This document shows, in pieces, positions 1 through 7,340 of a stretch of DNA of 28,208 nucleotides. Position 1 is the first letter of the stretch. Each line of letters opens with the position of its first letter. The notes below the pieces were generated by a model. That model saw only the letters and a program-made list of their open reading frames with translations. It was not told the DNA's origin and ran no database searches. The DNA comes from a virus (taxonomy: Duplodnaviria > Caudoviricetes), in the IMG/VR virus record IMGVR_UViG_3300010361_000033, positions 1-28,208 of that record; one strand, 5' to 3'. The position numbers were made by a program, and so were the translations under genes.

Positions 1-78
1 CGCTCTTCGAGGTCCTATGCCGAGTAGCTCGCGCCTTTCCCGCCTAGCGACCTTGACGGCATGAGCCTTCCGCGACAT
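1..78 (-). CDS. Possible N-terminus of a leftward gene running off the window (MSRKAHAVKVARRERRELLGIGPRRA...)
   Basis: ATG at 78-76 with the frame open to position 1; no convincing RBS. Confidence 0.2.
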   Translation of the reverse strand, partial: MSRKAHAVKVARRERRELLGIGPRRA

Positions 79-382
79 GGCGCGCGCACCGTCGGGCCCT
101 AGGAATCCTCCACCACCAGCATGGACGAGACAAGCGCAGAACGCACGTAGGGATGGAGACTTACACCGGGCCCCATCGGCGCGCACGACGCGACATCTCC
201 CATCTCTGTCGCCGGCAAGCATTGACGCGCCTTCCGGCAAGCGATGGCACGCGGGTAGCTCGAATCCCTGGAACAGGATGCGCGGCTGGAGAAGTAGCCA
301 CGCGAGCGTACCTAGACGCGGCTCGGAATCGGCACCGTTACTAGCTTCGCTCACTTCCTCACCTACCTTTTACAATCAGACC

Positions 383-412
383 TTGCGCCTTGCAATCAGC
401 GCTAGGTACGAT
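383..412 (+). promoter_or_regulatory. Putative sigma70-type early promoter
   Basis: TTGCGC (383-388), 18-nt spacer, TACGAT (407-412), ending 9 nt before ATG 422, which lacks an SD (near-leaderless). A second -10-like TACAAT lies at 371-376. Confidence 0.5.
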
Positions 413-421
413 CGCGATGCA

Positions 422-622
422 ATGCCGTACAAGCCGAATCCGACCGCACCGACCGCCGAGCGCATCGCAGCGCTTCGCGCGGTTATCTCCGATGTCTGGG
501 AAATCGCTTATACGCTCGTGGACGAAGACGAAGCGGCCTTCCCTGGTTCGTGGGCAGCGGCCGGATTCGATCGCGGCAGCGCAATCTCCGAATACCTCGC
601 CGAACTAGGCGAGACCGTCTAG
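422..622 (+). CDS. Early hypothetical protein, 66 aa (MPYKPNPTAPT...)
   Basis: 3' part of ORF 77..622; the start was chosen just downstream of the promoter; stop abuts the first TCAC element. Confidence 0.65.
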   Translation: MPYKPNPTAPTAERIAALRAVISDVWEIAYTLVDEDEAAFPGSWAAAGFDRGSAISEYLAELGETV

Positions 623-643
623 TCACTCACTCACTCGAAAGGA
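622..643 (+). repeat. Early leader element copy 1 (TCAC tract and RBS only)
   Basis: GTCACTCACTCACTC-GAAAGGA before ATG 648. Confidence 0.9.
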
Positions 644-647
644 AGCG

Positions 648-1391
648 ATGATTTACGACGCAGAGAATCGCGCGCTAGTCCTAGAGCTACGGGACTGCCC
701 GACTTGCGAGCACAATCGCGCAGGTGTCCCGCGCGGCAAGGCGCCAGTGTTCGCGCTTATCGACTGCGCGAAATGCAAGGGGACCGGCAAGCGCGGAAAC
801 GGCAAGTGTCGCGCCTGCACGTCCTACTCGTTTGACCCGCGGCCGGCCGGCAAAGTCTGGGACTACTCGAACGTGGCCAGCCTCAAGCCTTGTCCAGCCT
901 GTAAGGGGGATTGGCAGCGCGCTACGCTCGAATCGTTCTGCGACAAGGCGCCGGCCGAAGTGATCGACGCGCTACCGATTCGCGTCTATCGGCAGGACCG
1001 CTCGAACAGCTGGAACGAGGAGCACCTGGGACTAGGGTGTCTCTGGTCCTGCACCGACTACGGCCGCACCGCGGCCGGCAACGACGCGGAAGCGATCGAG
1101 GAGGTCCGCGCCGGCCTTGCGAAGCACACGACGCAAGCGACCAAGATCGTAAAGCGCTTCGGCAGGGACGCGACGGTAGCGCAGGTCGCCGATGCGCTTG
1201 CAATCGTCATCACCCGCAACGGTTACTCCGTTCGCGCAGTGTTCGAGGGAGACACGACCGTAGCCGACGCCGCGCGCGAGCTTCCCCCGGACCTCGCGCT
1301 TACCGTCGGCATGGCGGTTTTCAATGCCGGTGGAAACGGCACGCTCGCCGCGGCGCAGCTTCACCTACCGATCGGCGACGACAAAGCCTAG
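648..1391 (+). CDS. Early Zn-finger protein with DnaJ-type CxxCxGxG motifs, 247 aa
   Basis: CPTC, CAKCKGTG, CRAC and CPACKG motifs; GAAAGGA RBS. Confidence 0.8.
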   Translation: MIYDAENRALVLELRDCPTCEHNRAGVPRGKAPVFALIDCAKCKGTGKRGNGKCRACTSYSFDPRPAGKVWDYSNVASLKPCPACKGDWQRATLESFCDKAPAEVIDALPIRVYRQDRSNSWNEEHLGLGCLWSCTDYGRTAAGNDAEAIEEVRAGLAKHTTQATKIVKRFGRDATVAQVADALAIVITRNGYSVRAVFEGDTTVADAARELPPDLALTVGMAVFNAGGNGTLAAAQLHLPIGDDKA

Positions 1392-1466
1392 AGCCCTGCG
1401 CGGCCGGCATTGCTAGCCGGCCGCGGAGCGCTTCAAGCTCCGCAAAGTCACTCACTCACGAAAGGG
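1391..1466 (+). repeat. Early leader element copy 2
   Basis: CTGC-GCGGCCGGC-ATTGCTA-GCCGGCCGC-GGAGC-GCTTCAA-GCTCCG, then GTCACTCACTCAC (1447-1459) and GAAAGGG. Confidence 0.9.
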
Positions 1467-1471
1467 ATTCA

Positions 1472-1921
1472 ATGGACTACGCACACGACACCAACCTAGT
1501 CCTACTGTCGGGCCCGTTCGCAGCTGGATACGCGAGCGCGCGCGCAATCTGCGCGGACGGCAAGGTACGCAACGTCCGCTTCCAGAACGGAGGGACCCCG
1601 GACACCTTCTTTTCGGTCCCGGCAAGCGTCTCAGTCGCCGGCAAGACGGTTAGCGGTTACGTCACCGTAGAGACCGCGGAAGGGTGGTCAACACCGAGCG
1701 CGGATGACCCCGCGGTCGTGAAGTTCATTCGGTACGAGTACGGCAAGAACGCGCGCTTCTTGCCGGCCGGCGCATGGAAGAGCACGCCGCGCCTTGTCTG
1801 CCCGGAGTGTGGCGCCGAAGTATGGGACGGTCCGAAGGGACACAAGCTCGCGAAGTGTTGGAACGCGAGCGAGCACGCGAGCGGAGCGCCGCTCGCCTTC
1901 GACACGATGTCAGACGACTAG
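1472..1921 (+). CDS. Early hypothetical protein, 149 aa, C-terminal CxxC/H/C metal-binding motif
   Basis: ATG 1472 follows the GAAAGGG RBS and is in frame with ORF 911..1921; CPECG...HKLAKC. Confidence 0.8.
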   Translation: MDYAHDTNLVLLSGPFAAGYASARAICADGKVRNVRFQNGGTPDTFFSVPASVSVAGKTVSGYVTVETAEGWSTPSADDPAVVKFIRYEYGKNARFLPAGAWKSTPRLVCPECGAEVWDGPKGHKLAKCWNASEHASGAPLAFDTMSDD

Positions 1922-1930
1922 CGCGCCGGC

Positions 1931-2003
1931 ATCTCTGCGCGGCCGGCAATGCTCGCCGGCCGCGGAGCGATAGCTCCGGTACGAACACTCACTCACGAAA
2001 GGA
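1931..2003 (+). repeat. Early leader element copy 3
   Basis: ATCTCTGC-GCGGCCGGC-AATGCTC-GCCGGCCGC-GGAGC-GATA-GCTCCG, then CACTCACTCAC (1986-1996) and GAAAGGA. Confidence 0.9.
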
Positions 2004-2007
2004 AGCA

Positions 2008-2529
2008 ATGTCTACCGAAGTGAAAGCGCATCGAACGCTTGAGCGGAAGACGCGCGACGGTTACCTAGTCGCGACCGCTCAGCTAGTCCACTACGCCGGC
2101 AACAAGCGCCCGCATTTCAGCGTTACCGGACAGCTATGGGATAGCGAAGGCTGGTACCGCCGCGGCGGGCCCGACGGCCGTATGCGCGCCTGTGGCCAGC
2201 TTCACACCGAAATCGCGCGCGCCTTCCCGCAGTTGGCGCCCGTGATCGCGGTTCATCACGCCGACGACGACGGCCGGCCGATGCACGCCGTAGCGAACGC
2301 TTGGTTCGCCTATAGCGGCGAATGGCACGCCTACGACCACGCGAGCCCCTACGGTCCTCGCCCGACTGACACCCCGCACGAGCGCGCCGCGCGCATCCTC
2401 CGAATCGAGCCGGCCGAGCTTCCCGCCGACATGGACAAGGAGACGTTCCAGACGTTCGCCGAATCGCTCGCGCCACGCTGGCAAGAGGACGCCGCGCGAG
2501 CCCTTGCAGTGATCGAGGAGGGACGCTAG
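2008..2529 (+). CDS. Early hypothetical phage protein, 173 aa (MSTEVKAHR...)
   Basis: ATG follows the GAAAGGA RBS; His-rich core FSVTG...CGQLH...HHADDDGRPMH. Confidence 0.8.
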   Translation: MSTEVKAHRTLERKTRDGYLVATAQLVHYAGNKRPHFSVTGQLWDSEGWYRRGGPDGRMRACGQLHTEIARAFPQLAPVIAVHHADDDGRPMHAVANAWFAYSGEWHAYDHASPYGPRPTDTPHERAARILRIEPAELPADMDKETFQTFAESLAPRWQEDAARALAVIEEGR

Positions 2530-2532
2530 CCA

Positions 2533-2748
2533 ATGCGCACGATCGCCTATCGCATCTCCTATACCGGCGTGGAGACAATCCACGGCACCAGCTGGCACCG
2601 GGACCCGAGTACCGAAATCGCTCGCGTGCAAGCGCGCGACATCAACAGCGGCTATGCAAAGGCCCTGCGCATCGCGCACGAGCCGCTTGGAAACGGCCGG
2701 CGCCGGGAAATCGGCGGGATCGAGTTTTGGCAGGTGGTCTCAAGCTAG
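2533..2748 (+). CDS. Early hypothetical protein, 71 aa
   Basis: GAGGAGGG upstream; starts 3 nt after the previous stop. Confidence 0.75.
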   Translation: MRTIAYRISYTGVETIHGTSWHRDPSTEIARVQARDINSGYAKALRIAHEPLGNGRRREIGGIEFWQVVSS

Positions 2749-2837
2749 GAGCTTGCGAGACTCCGAATCTCTGCGGCCGGCGCATTGCCAGCGCCGGCCG
2801 GAGCGATTTGCTCCGAGTCACTCACTCAGACGAAAGG
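2749..2837 (+). repeat. Early leader element copy 4
   Basis: GAGCTTGCGAGACTCC, then GAATCTCTGC-GGCCGGCGC-ATTGCCA-GCGCCGGCC-GGAGC-GATTT-GCTCCG, then GTCACTCACTCA (2817-2828) and GAAAGG. Confidence 0.9.
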
Positions 2838-2844
2838 TAGGGAC

Positions 2845-3429
2845 ATGGAAGCGCTAGAGACGATCGAGCAGGATGGCTGGACCTGCGACATCTTCCCCGA
2901 CTTCGAGCCGCAGAGCCCGGATGAATGGGACAACTTGGCGAGCTTCGCGCACACGACGGACTACACCTTCGGCGAGTCTGTCGGCCGGCGCTATGCCGAC
3001 GATCGCCGCGATGGCGCCTACATCCGCGCGCTGGCTATCTTCGGCAAGGACATCGCAGGCGTTCTGCCGGCGCAAATCACCGAGCACGGTCCGCAGGTGA
3101 CCATCTACGAGTCGGACGCGGAGAACGCGAACGCGGTCCTCTACACGACGCACAAGCGGGTAACCGAGCTTTGCGGCGACGATCCGAAGTACCACGATCG
3201 CGAATGGGTAGAGAACGCCCTGCGCGGCGAGCTTGCCGTCTGGCGCCAGTACCTAGAGGGAGACGTCTACGGAGTCGTGGTCAAGCGCCCGGATGGCACC
3301 GTGGACGAATCCCTCTGGGGGTGCTACGGGTTCGACTACGCGAAGGAGGAGGCCGCCGAGATGCTCGCGGCCGGAATCGCGCACGAAGCGCGCACCGTCG
3401 AGGAGGTCTCGCGCATCGTCGCCCTGTAG
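2845..3429 (+). CDS. Acidic early phage protein, 194 aa, function unknown
   Basis: ATG follows the leader element; SPDEWDNL, YLEGDVYG and SLWGCYG resemble a conserved hypothetical phage family (recalled, not searched). Confidence 0.8.
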   Translation: MEALETIEQDGWTCDIFPDFEPQSPDEWDNLASFAHTTDYTFGESVGRRYADDRRDGAYIRALAIFGKDIAGVLPAQITEHGPQVTIYESDAENANAVLYTTHKRVTELCGDDPKYHDREWVENALRGELAVWRQYLEGDVYGVVVKRPDGTVDESLWGCYGFDYAKEEAAEMLAAGIAHEARTVEEVSRIVAL

Positions 3430-3430
3430 C

Positions 3431-3510
3431 GCGCAGGTTGCGAGTCGGGCCCCGCGCGGACCCGGCTCGGAGCGCTGCGCTCCGCGTCACTCACACTCGA
3501 ACGGAAAGGG
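3431..3510 (+). repeat. Early leader element copy 5 (diverged sequence, same fold)
   Basis: TTGC-GAGTCGGG...CCCGGCTC-GGAGC-GCTGC-GCTCCG, then CGTCACTCACACTC and GAAAGGG. Confidence 0.85.
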
Positions 3511-3519
3511 ACTGAAATC

Positions 3520-3696
3520 ATGGAACGCATCACCGTCCACGTCACCTGGGTCGCCGAAGACGGCACCCTCGAAACCCTCGAAAACGAGGGCGGCGACGGC
3601 ACGCTGGTTAGGGCTGCGCTTGAGGCATTTGAGACCGCGCGCGATAGCGGCGCCGAGAGCTTCGACGTCCACGCGACCATCGAGCGGGAGGTCTAG
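3520..3696 (+). CDS. Small acidic early protein, 58 aa (MERITVHVTW...IEREV), absent from the ORF track
   Basis: Translated by hand; ATG 3520 follows the GAAAGGG RBS; TAG at 3694-3696. Confidence 0.8.
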   Translation: MERITVHVTWVAEDGTLETLENEGGDGTLVRAALEAFETARDSGAESFDVHATIEREV

Positions 3697-3699
3697 CGC

Positions 3700-3993
3700 A
3701 TGATGAAACGCACGACCGCGCGCGAGCAGGCAGACGAAATCGGCCGGCTCGCGCGCGCGCTCGCCGAGCGCGTCGAATCGGCAGAAGCCGAACGGCCGGC
3801 TTTGCGGCTCGCCGGCTCGAAAGAAGCCGCGACGATCCTCGGCGTGACAGACAGCCTCTTCGCAACGTTCAGGCGTCGTAAGCAGGTCCCGACGCCTGTC
3901 GCCGAGCTTGCTTGCGGACCGATCTGGCTCGCCGACGACCTAGAGGCGTGGGCTCGCACCGAGATGATCCTGCGAAAGGAGGTCTCACAGTGA
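3700..3993 (+). CDS. AlpA/excisionase-like winged-HTH DNA-binding protein
   Basis: LAGSKEAATILGV...PTPVAELACGPIWLADDLEAWA matches the actinobacterial AlpA-like pattern. Confidence 0.8.
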   Translation: MMKRTTAREQADEIGRLARALAERVESAEAERPALRLAGSKEAATILGVTDSLFATFRRRKQVPTPVAELACGPIWLADDLEAWARTEMILRKEVSQ

Positions 3994-4073
3994 GCAGATT
4001 TCTGCTTGGCGCGTTCATCCTCGTGCCCGTCTTCGCGCCCATCATCGCGCTCATCCTGCGCGCGATCCAGTAG
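3990..4073 (+). CDS. 27-aa hydrophobic membrane peptide (MSRFLLGAFILVPVFAPIIALILRAIQ)
   Basis: Strong AAAGGAGGT RBS, GTGA overlap with the upstream stop, one TM-length helix. Confidence 0.7.
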   Translation: MSRFLLGAFILVPVFAPIIALILRAIQ

Positions 4074-4081
4074 TGAAGTAA

Positions 4082-4099
4082 GAGCTTGCGAGACTCCGA
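4082..4099 (+). repeat. 18-bp direct repeat GAGCTTGCGAGACTCCGA (other copy at 2749-2766)
   Basis: Exact match; both copies lie just after stop codons and precede a GC-rich stem. Confidence 0.85.
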
Positions 4100-4149
4100 G
4101 GGTCGGCTAGACGATCGCGGCAGCCGGCGCCAACCCCGCGGGGTCATCC

Positions 4150-4182
4150 GGTGCCCGGATTCTAACCTGGAATCCGGGCGCC
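4150..4182. terminator. Hairpin at the convergence of the early operon and the leftward regulator
   Basis: GGTGCCCGGATTC-TAACCTG-GAATCCGGGCGCC; no U-tract. Confidence 0.45.
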
Positions 4183-4878
4183 CGCACGCTGAGACTTTTT
4201 CCGTAGTTTTCGCTTGACCGATTCGCGCGTCAGACCAAGCTCGCGCGCGATCTGGCCCGGAGTCATTCCCGCCGCGGCGAGCGCTTCGATCGTCCGATTC
4301 TCCTGCGCGTTCCCGCGCTCGATCAGCCAGCCGGGGACGCGGACGGACGGCATCCTGCGCGCGATCATCACCACGCCCGCGCGAAGCTCGTGGCCGGCCT
4401 GGACGTCGAGCTTGCGAGGCTCATGGTCAACCACGACGCGGCGAACGAGCAGATACCGCCGTGGATGCACGAGCGATAGCCAGTCGAGTTGCCGGCGAAC
4501 CTCACGGTAGGAGCCGTGGCGATCGTAACGGGCTCGCACAAGCTCCCAGGCGAAGCTCTCGCCGTCGGCGATCGTCACGCGCGGCGGGCTCGTGGCGCGC
4601 GGAAGCTCGTTCGCCTCGACCAGGGGTAGCTCGATGTAGGCATCCCACGGAGGCTCGTTCTCGCGCCGCTTCCAGCCGGTCCCGTCGCAGACCAGGCAGA
4701 GAACCCAACCACCACGTAGGCGAACCTCACCGCGGCGCCGGCACGTCTCGCAGGGCACGTAGCGCGATGGCGCCGGGCCTGAGCCGGGCTCGATCGAGCC
4801 GCGCGGCGTTGGGTAGGGATCATTCAGCGTGTCGAGCAGCAGGTAGACCCGCTGGGCTCGTTCGGCGAGAGAGAGCAA
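4162..4878 (-). CDS. Zn-ribbon plus C-terminal HTH transcriptional regulator (possibly Q-like or late activator)
   Basis: CETC...CLVCDGTG and C-terminal GMTPGQIARELGLTRESVKRKL; TTG start with GGAGG RBS. Confidence 0.75.
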   Translation of the reverse strand: MLSLAERAQRVYLLLDTLNDPYPTPRGSIEPGSGPAPSRYVPCETCRRRGEVRLRGGWVLCLVCDGTGWKRRENEPPWDAYIELPLVEANELPRATSPPRVTIADGESFAWELVRARYDRHGSYREVRRQLDWLSLVHPRRYLLVRRVVVDHEPRKLDVQAGHELRAGVVMIARRMPSVRVPGWLIERGNAQENRTIEALAAAGMTPGQIARELGLTRESVKRKLRKKSQRAGARIPG

Positions 4879-5268
4879 CTTGACGAACCTCCGGGCTCTC
4901 TCGCGGCCTCGGTCCGCGTGACCCTAGCAGCACCGTTCGAGACAACGCGCTAACGTCGGGCGCACGGGTGGGAGATTGGCGAGGGCAGCCAGACTCCCGA
5001 GGATGGGCCCCCCAGCTGGCGCCCCTCGGAATGGAGAACCGAGGAGGAGGTCCCAATGCGCCAGCACGAACTTGTCGCAAAATGCACGGATTGTCTGTGC
5101 CGACAACGGCAAGATGTCGGTAACCGTCGGAACACGCTCGGCAATCGCCTAGAAATGTCGAGGAAACGGCTCGGTATAAGGCCTGGAAATCCCAGGAGAT
5201 TGCGAGGCTCGAAATGACCTGCCATCGTGGCGGCCGTAATGACCGTCTCGCTATCAGAGTGAACCACA
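4879..5268. promoter_or_regulatory. Divergent control region
   Basis: 390-nt gap of lower GC between two divergent regulators; imperfect palindrome TTGTCTGTGCCGACAA at 5091-5106. Confidence 0.55.
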
Positions 5269-5559
5269 ATGGATGACGACGGGATCGACCGCGTTGACAT
5301 CGAGGAGATGCACCGCGATTGGAGCGAGCTTCGTGAGAAGCGATACTGGCGCGCCTACGGCGAATGGCTCCGCGGGATTCAGAATCGCCGCAACCTAAGC
5401 CAAGAAGCCTTCGCTGCCATTATCGGTATCTCGACCAAGACGCTTGGAAACGTCGAAAGGGCCGCGTGCAAGCCGTACCCCCACACGCGACAGTTGATCA
5501 AAGCCGCCGTCACCGAGGACGACCTAGCCGTACTCGACCGCCTGATCGAGCAGTTGTAA
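5269..5559 (+). CDS. XRE-family HTH regulator (Cro/repressor-like)
   Basis: LRGIQNRRNLSQEAFAAIIGISTKTLGNVERA...P is the canonical XRE pattern. Confidence 0.85.
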   Translation: MDDDGIDRVDIEEMHRDWSELREKRYWRAYGEWLRGIQNRRNLSQEAFAAIIGISTKTLGNVERAACKPYPHTRQLIKAAVTEDDLAVLDRLIEQL

Positions 5560-5598
5560 CCCGCGAGGCGGCCACCCTGATCCCGAGGGAGGCCGACG

Positions 5599-6177
5599 AT
5601 GGCAGAGGTAGTAGCGAACGTAACCAAGGTCTCGAAGGACGAGGCGACCGGCTGGTACACGATCGAGACCGACGACGAGCCAAAGAAGCTCACGACGAAG
5701 AACGAGGGCCCGGCGAAGGCCGCCGCCGCGCTACGCCGCGACGGGACGCGCGCCAAGCTGACCTACACCCAGCGCGACCGGCGCGACGGCGATCGCGTCT
5801 ACCACAACTACTACCTCGACAAGGCCGAAGCCGCCTCGCAGAACGGCAGCGACGACGACGGCATCGAGGTCGTGAAGGCCGCCGCGGGGACGAGGACGAC
5901 CGACCCGAAGGACGCCTGGCGCATGTGCCTCAACAAGGGCGGCGAGCTTGCCGTTCTGACCATGCCGCTCATGCCCGTCGAGCAGCGCGACTTCGACACG
6001 CAGAAGCGCATCGCGTTTGCCTGGGCCCGATTCTTCTTCTTCACCCCTCCCCCCGCCGCCGACCGGCCGAGCAGCCTCGGCGAAGCGCCGGCCGGCGTCC
6101 ACCGTGGCGCCTACGACGAGCCCGCGGCCGGCTACGAGCTTCCACCGCCGCCACAAGACGATGACATCCCTTTCTGA
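5599..6177 (+). CDS. Putative ssDNA-binding/recombination protein
   Basis: Beta-rich N-terminus, acidic SSB-type tail QDDDIPF, adjacent to an exonuclease; GGAGG RBS. Confidence 0.6.
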   Translation: MAEVVANVTKVSKDEATGWYTIETDDEPKKLTTKNEGPAKAAAALRRDGTRAKLTYTQRDRRDGDRVYHNYYLDKAEAASQNGSDDDGIEVVKAAAGTRTTDPKDAWRMCLNKGGELAVLTMPLMPVEQRDFDTQKRIAFAWARFFFFTPPPAADRPSSLGEAPAGVHRGAYDEPAAGYELPPPPQDDDIPF

Positions 6178-6493
6178 GACACCGCGCCATCTGAGCCTCG
6201 TGCCGAGCCCGGCCGCGGCGCTCACCGCCGAGCAGCTGGTCTCCAAGGTGAAGGAGCGCGGCGGGCGCATCTACCGGATGCGTCAGGTGCGCGTCTTCGT
6301 CCTGACCGGCGACGTCGCGCTCGCCGAGTGGTTGCTCGGACTCGGCGGCAAGGGGTACACGCCGACCGGCTCGCAGCACCCGCCCGGCGCCTACATGCGC
6401 ACGGGACAGGGGCCCGTCGAGTACGACGTGTGGGTCCACACGATCCCGCTCTCGGGACCGACGCTCTGGGAGACCCTCGGTGCCGACGCTTGA
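6161..6493 (+). CDS. Hypothetical protein, 110 aa
   Basis: 3' part of ORF 6017..6493; overlaps both neighbouring genes. Confidence 0.65.
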   Translation: MTSLSETPRHLSLVPSPAAALTAEQLVSKVKERGGRIYRMRQVRVFVLTGDVALAEWLLGLGGKGYTPTGSQHPPGAYMRTGQGPVEYDVWVHTIPLSGPTLWETLGADA

Positions 6494-7340
6494 CGCCGCA
6501 CAGTACGAGGTCCAAGCGGCGCTCGCCGAGTGGAACCTGCCGCTCGACCACCTGAGCCCGTCGAGCCTCTCGATGATCCGGCGCTGCCCGCGCCAGTTCC
6601 AAGAGCGCTACCTGCACGACCGCAAGGAGCGGCCGGCAGAGGCGCCCGTGATCGGCACCGCCGTTCACGCCGGCCTCGAACGGAACTTCGTCCAGAAGAT
6701 CGAGAGCCACGAGGACTTGCCGACGCACGAGCTACTGGATTGGTACTCGGACGAAGGCTTCGCCGCGACCGTCGCAGCCGAGCAGGAGAAGGCCGGCGCT
6801 GAGATTTTCTGGGACACCGACCCCGACGCGGCGATGCGCCGCGGTCTCAAGATGCTCGGCGAGTACCGCAACGCCGTGGCGCCGCGCATCCAGCCGCTCT
6901 CAGTCGAAGGCTCCATCTCGGTAGACCTCGGCATCCCGGTCCCGGTGATCGGCCGCTACGACCTCCTGCGCGAGACCTCGACCCTCGACTGGAAGACCGG
7001 CAAGAGCGCCAAGCGCAAGCCGCAGGAATCGTGGCGCATCCAGGCCGCCGTCTACGGCGAGGCAACCGGCAAGCCTGTCGAGTTCCACTCCATCTCGGCG
7101 ACCGAGCGCGGCACCGTCACGATCGTCACGCCGCTCGAAGCCGAAGCACTGCTCGTGCAGCCGACCGCGCGCGAACGCGCCCAGATTCGCAACACCGTCC
7201 AGGCGATCGCCGCCGAGGCCGTCTTCTACATGCGCCTCTACGGAGCCGATGAGTCCTGGCCGACGCACGGCCGCTTCCACGATTGGGCCTGCGGCTACTG
7301 CGGCTACCGCAACGACTGTCCAGCCTGGGAGGAGGCATGA
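6480..7340 (+). CDS. Cas4/RecB-like PD-(D/E)XK exonuclease
   Basis: HLSPSS...CPRQF, GTAVH, GRYD...DWKTG, QAAVY and C-terminal CGYC...CP (four-Cys cluster). Confidence 0.9.
   Translation: MPTLDAAQYEVQAALAEWNLPLDHLSPSSLSMIRRCPRQFQERYLHDRKERPAEAPVIGTAVHAGLERNFVQKIESHEDLPTHELLDWYSDEGFAATVAAEQEKAGAEIFWDTDPDAAMRRGLKMLGEYRNAVAPRIQPLSVEGSISVDLGIPVPVIGRYDLLRETSTLDWKTGKSAKRKPQESWRIQAAVYGEATGKPVEFHSISATERGTVTIVTPLEAEALLVQPTARERAQIRNTVQAIAAEAVFYMRLYGADESWPTHGRFHDWACGYCGYRNDCPAWEEA

Noticed and set aside
77-421. Long N-terminal extensions in the ORF track (starts at 77, 911, 1774, 2785, 8383, 27431)
   Set aside because: They overlap other genes or leader elements; downstream starts have a better RBS, promoter or stop/start overlap context.
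622-3510. Repeats as a CRISPR array, with the Cas4-like gene as a cas gene
   Set aside because: The intervals are whole genes of roughly 450-750 nt and the repeats are degenerate; solo Cas4-like exonucleases are ordinary phage recombination genes.
1391-3510. Elements as integron attC sites
   Set aside because: No RYYYAAC/GTTRRRY boxes are present, and the integrase is a phage type with its own attP.
422-4073. TAG recoding or read-through in the early genes
   Set aside because: The TAG codons are followed by intergenic elements or new RBS-start pairs, so they behave as real stops; no suppressor tRNA is seen.
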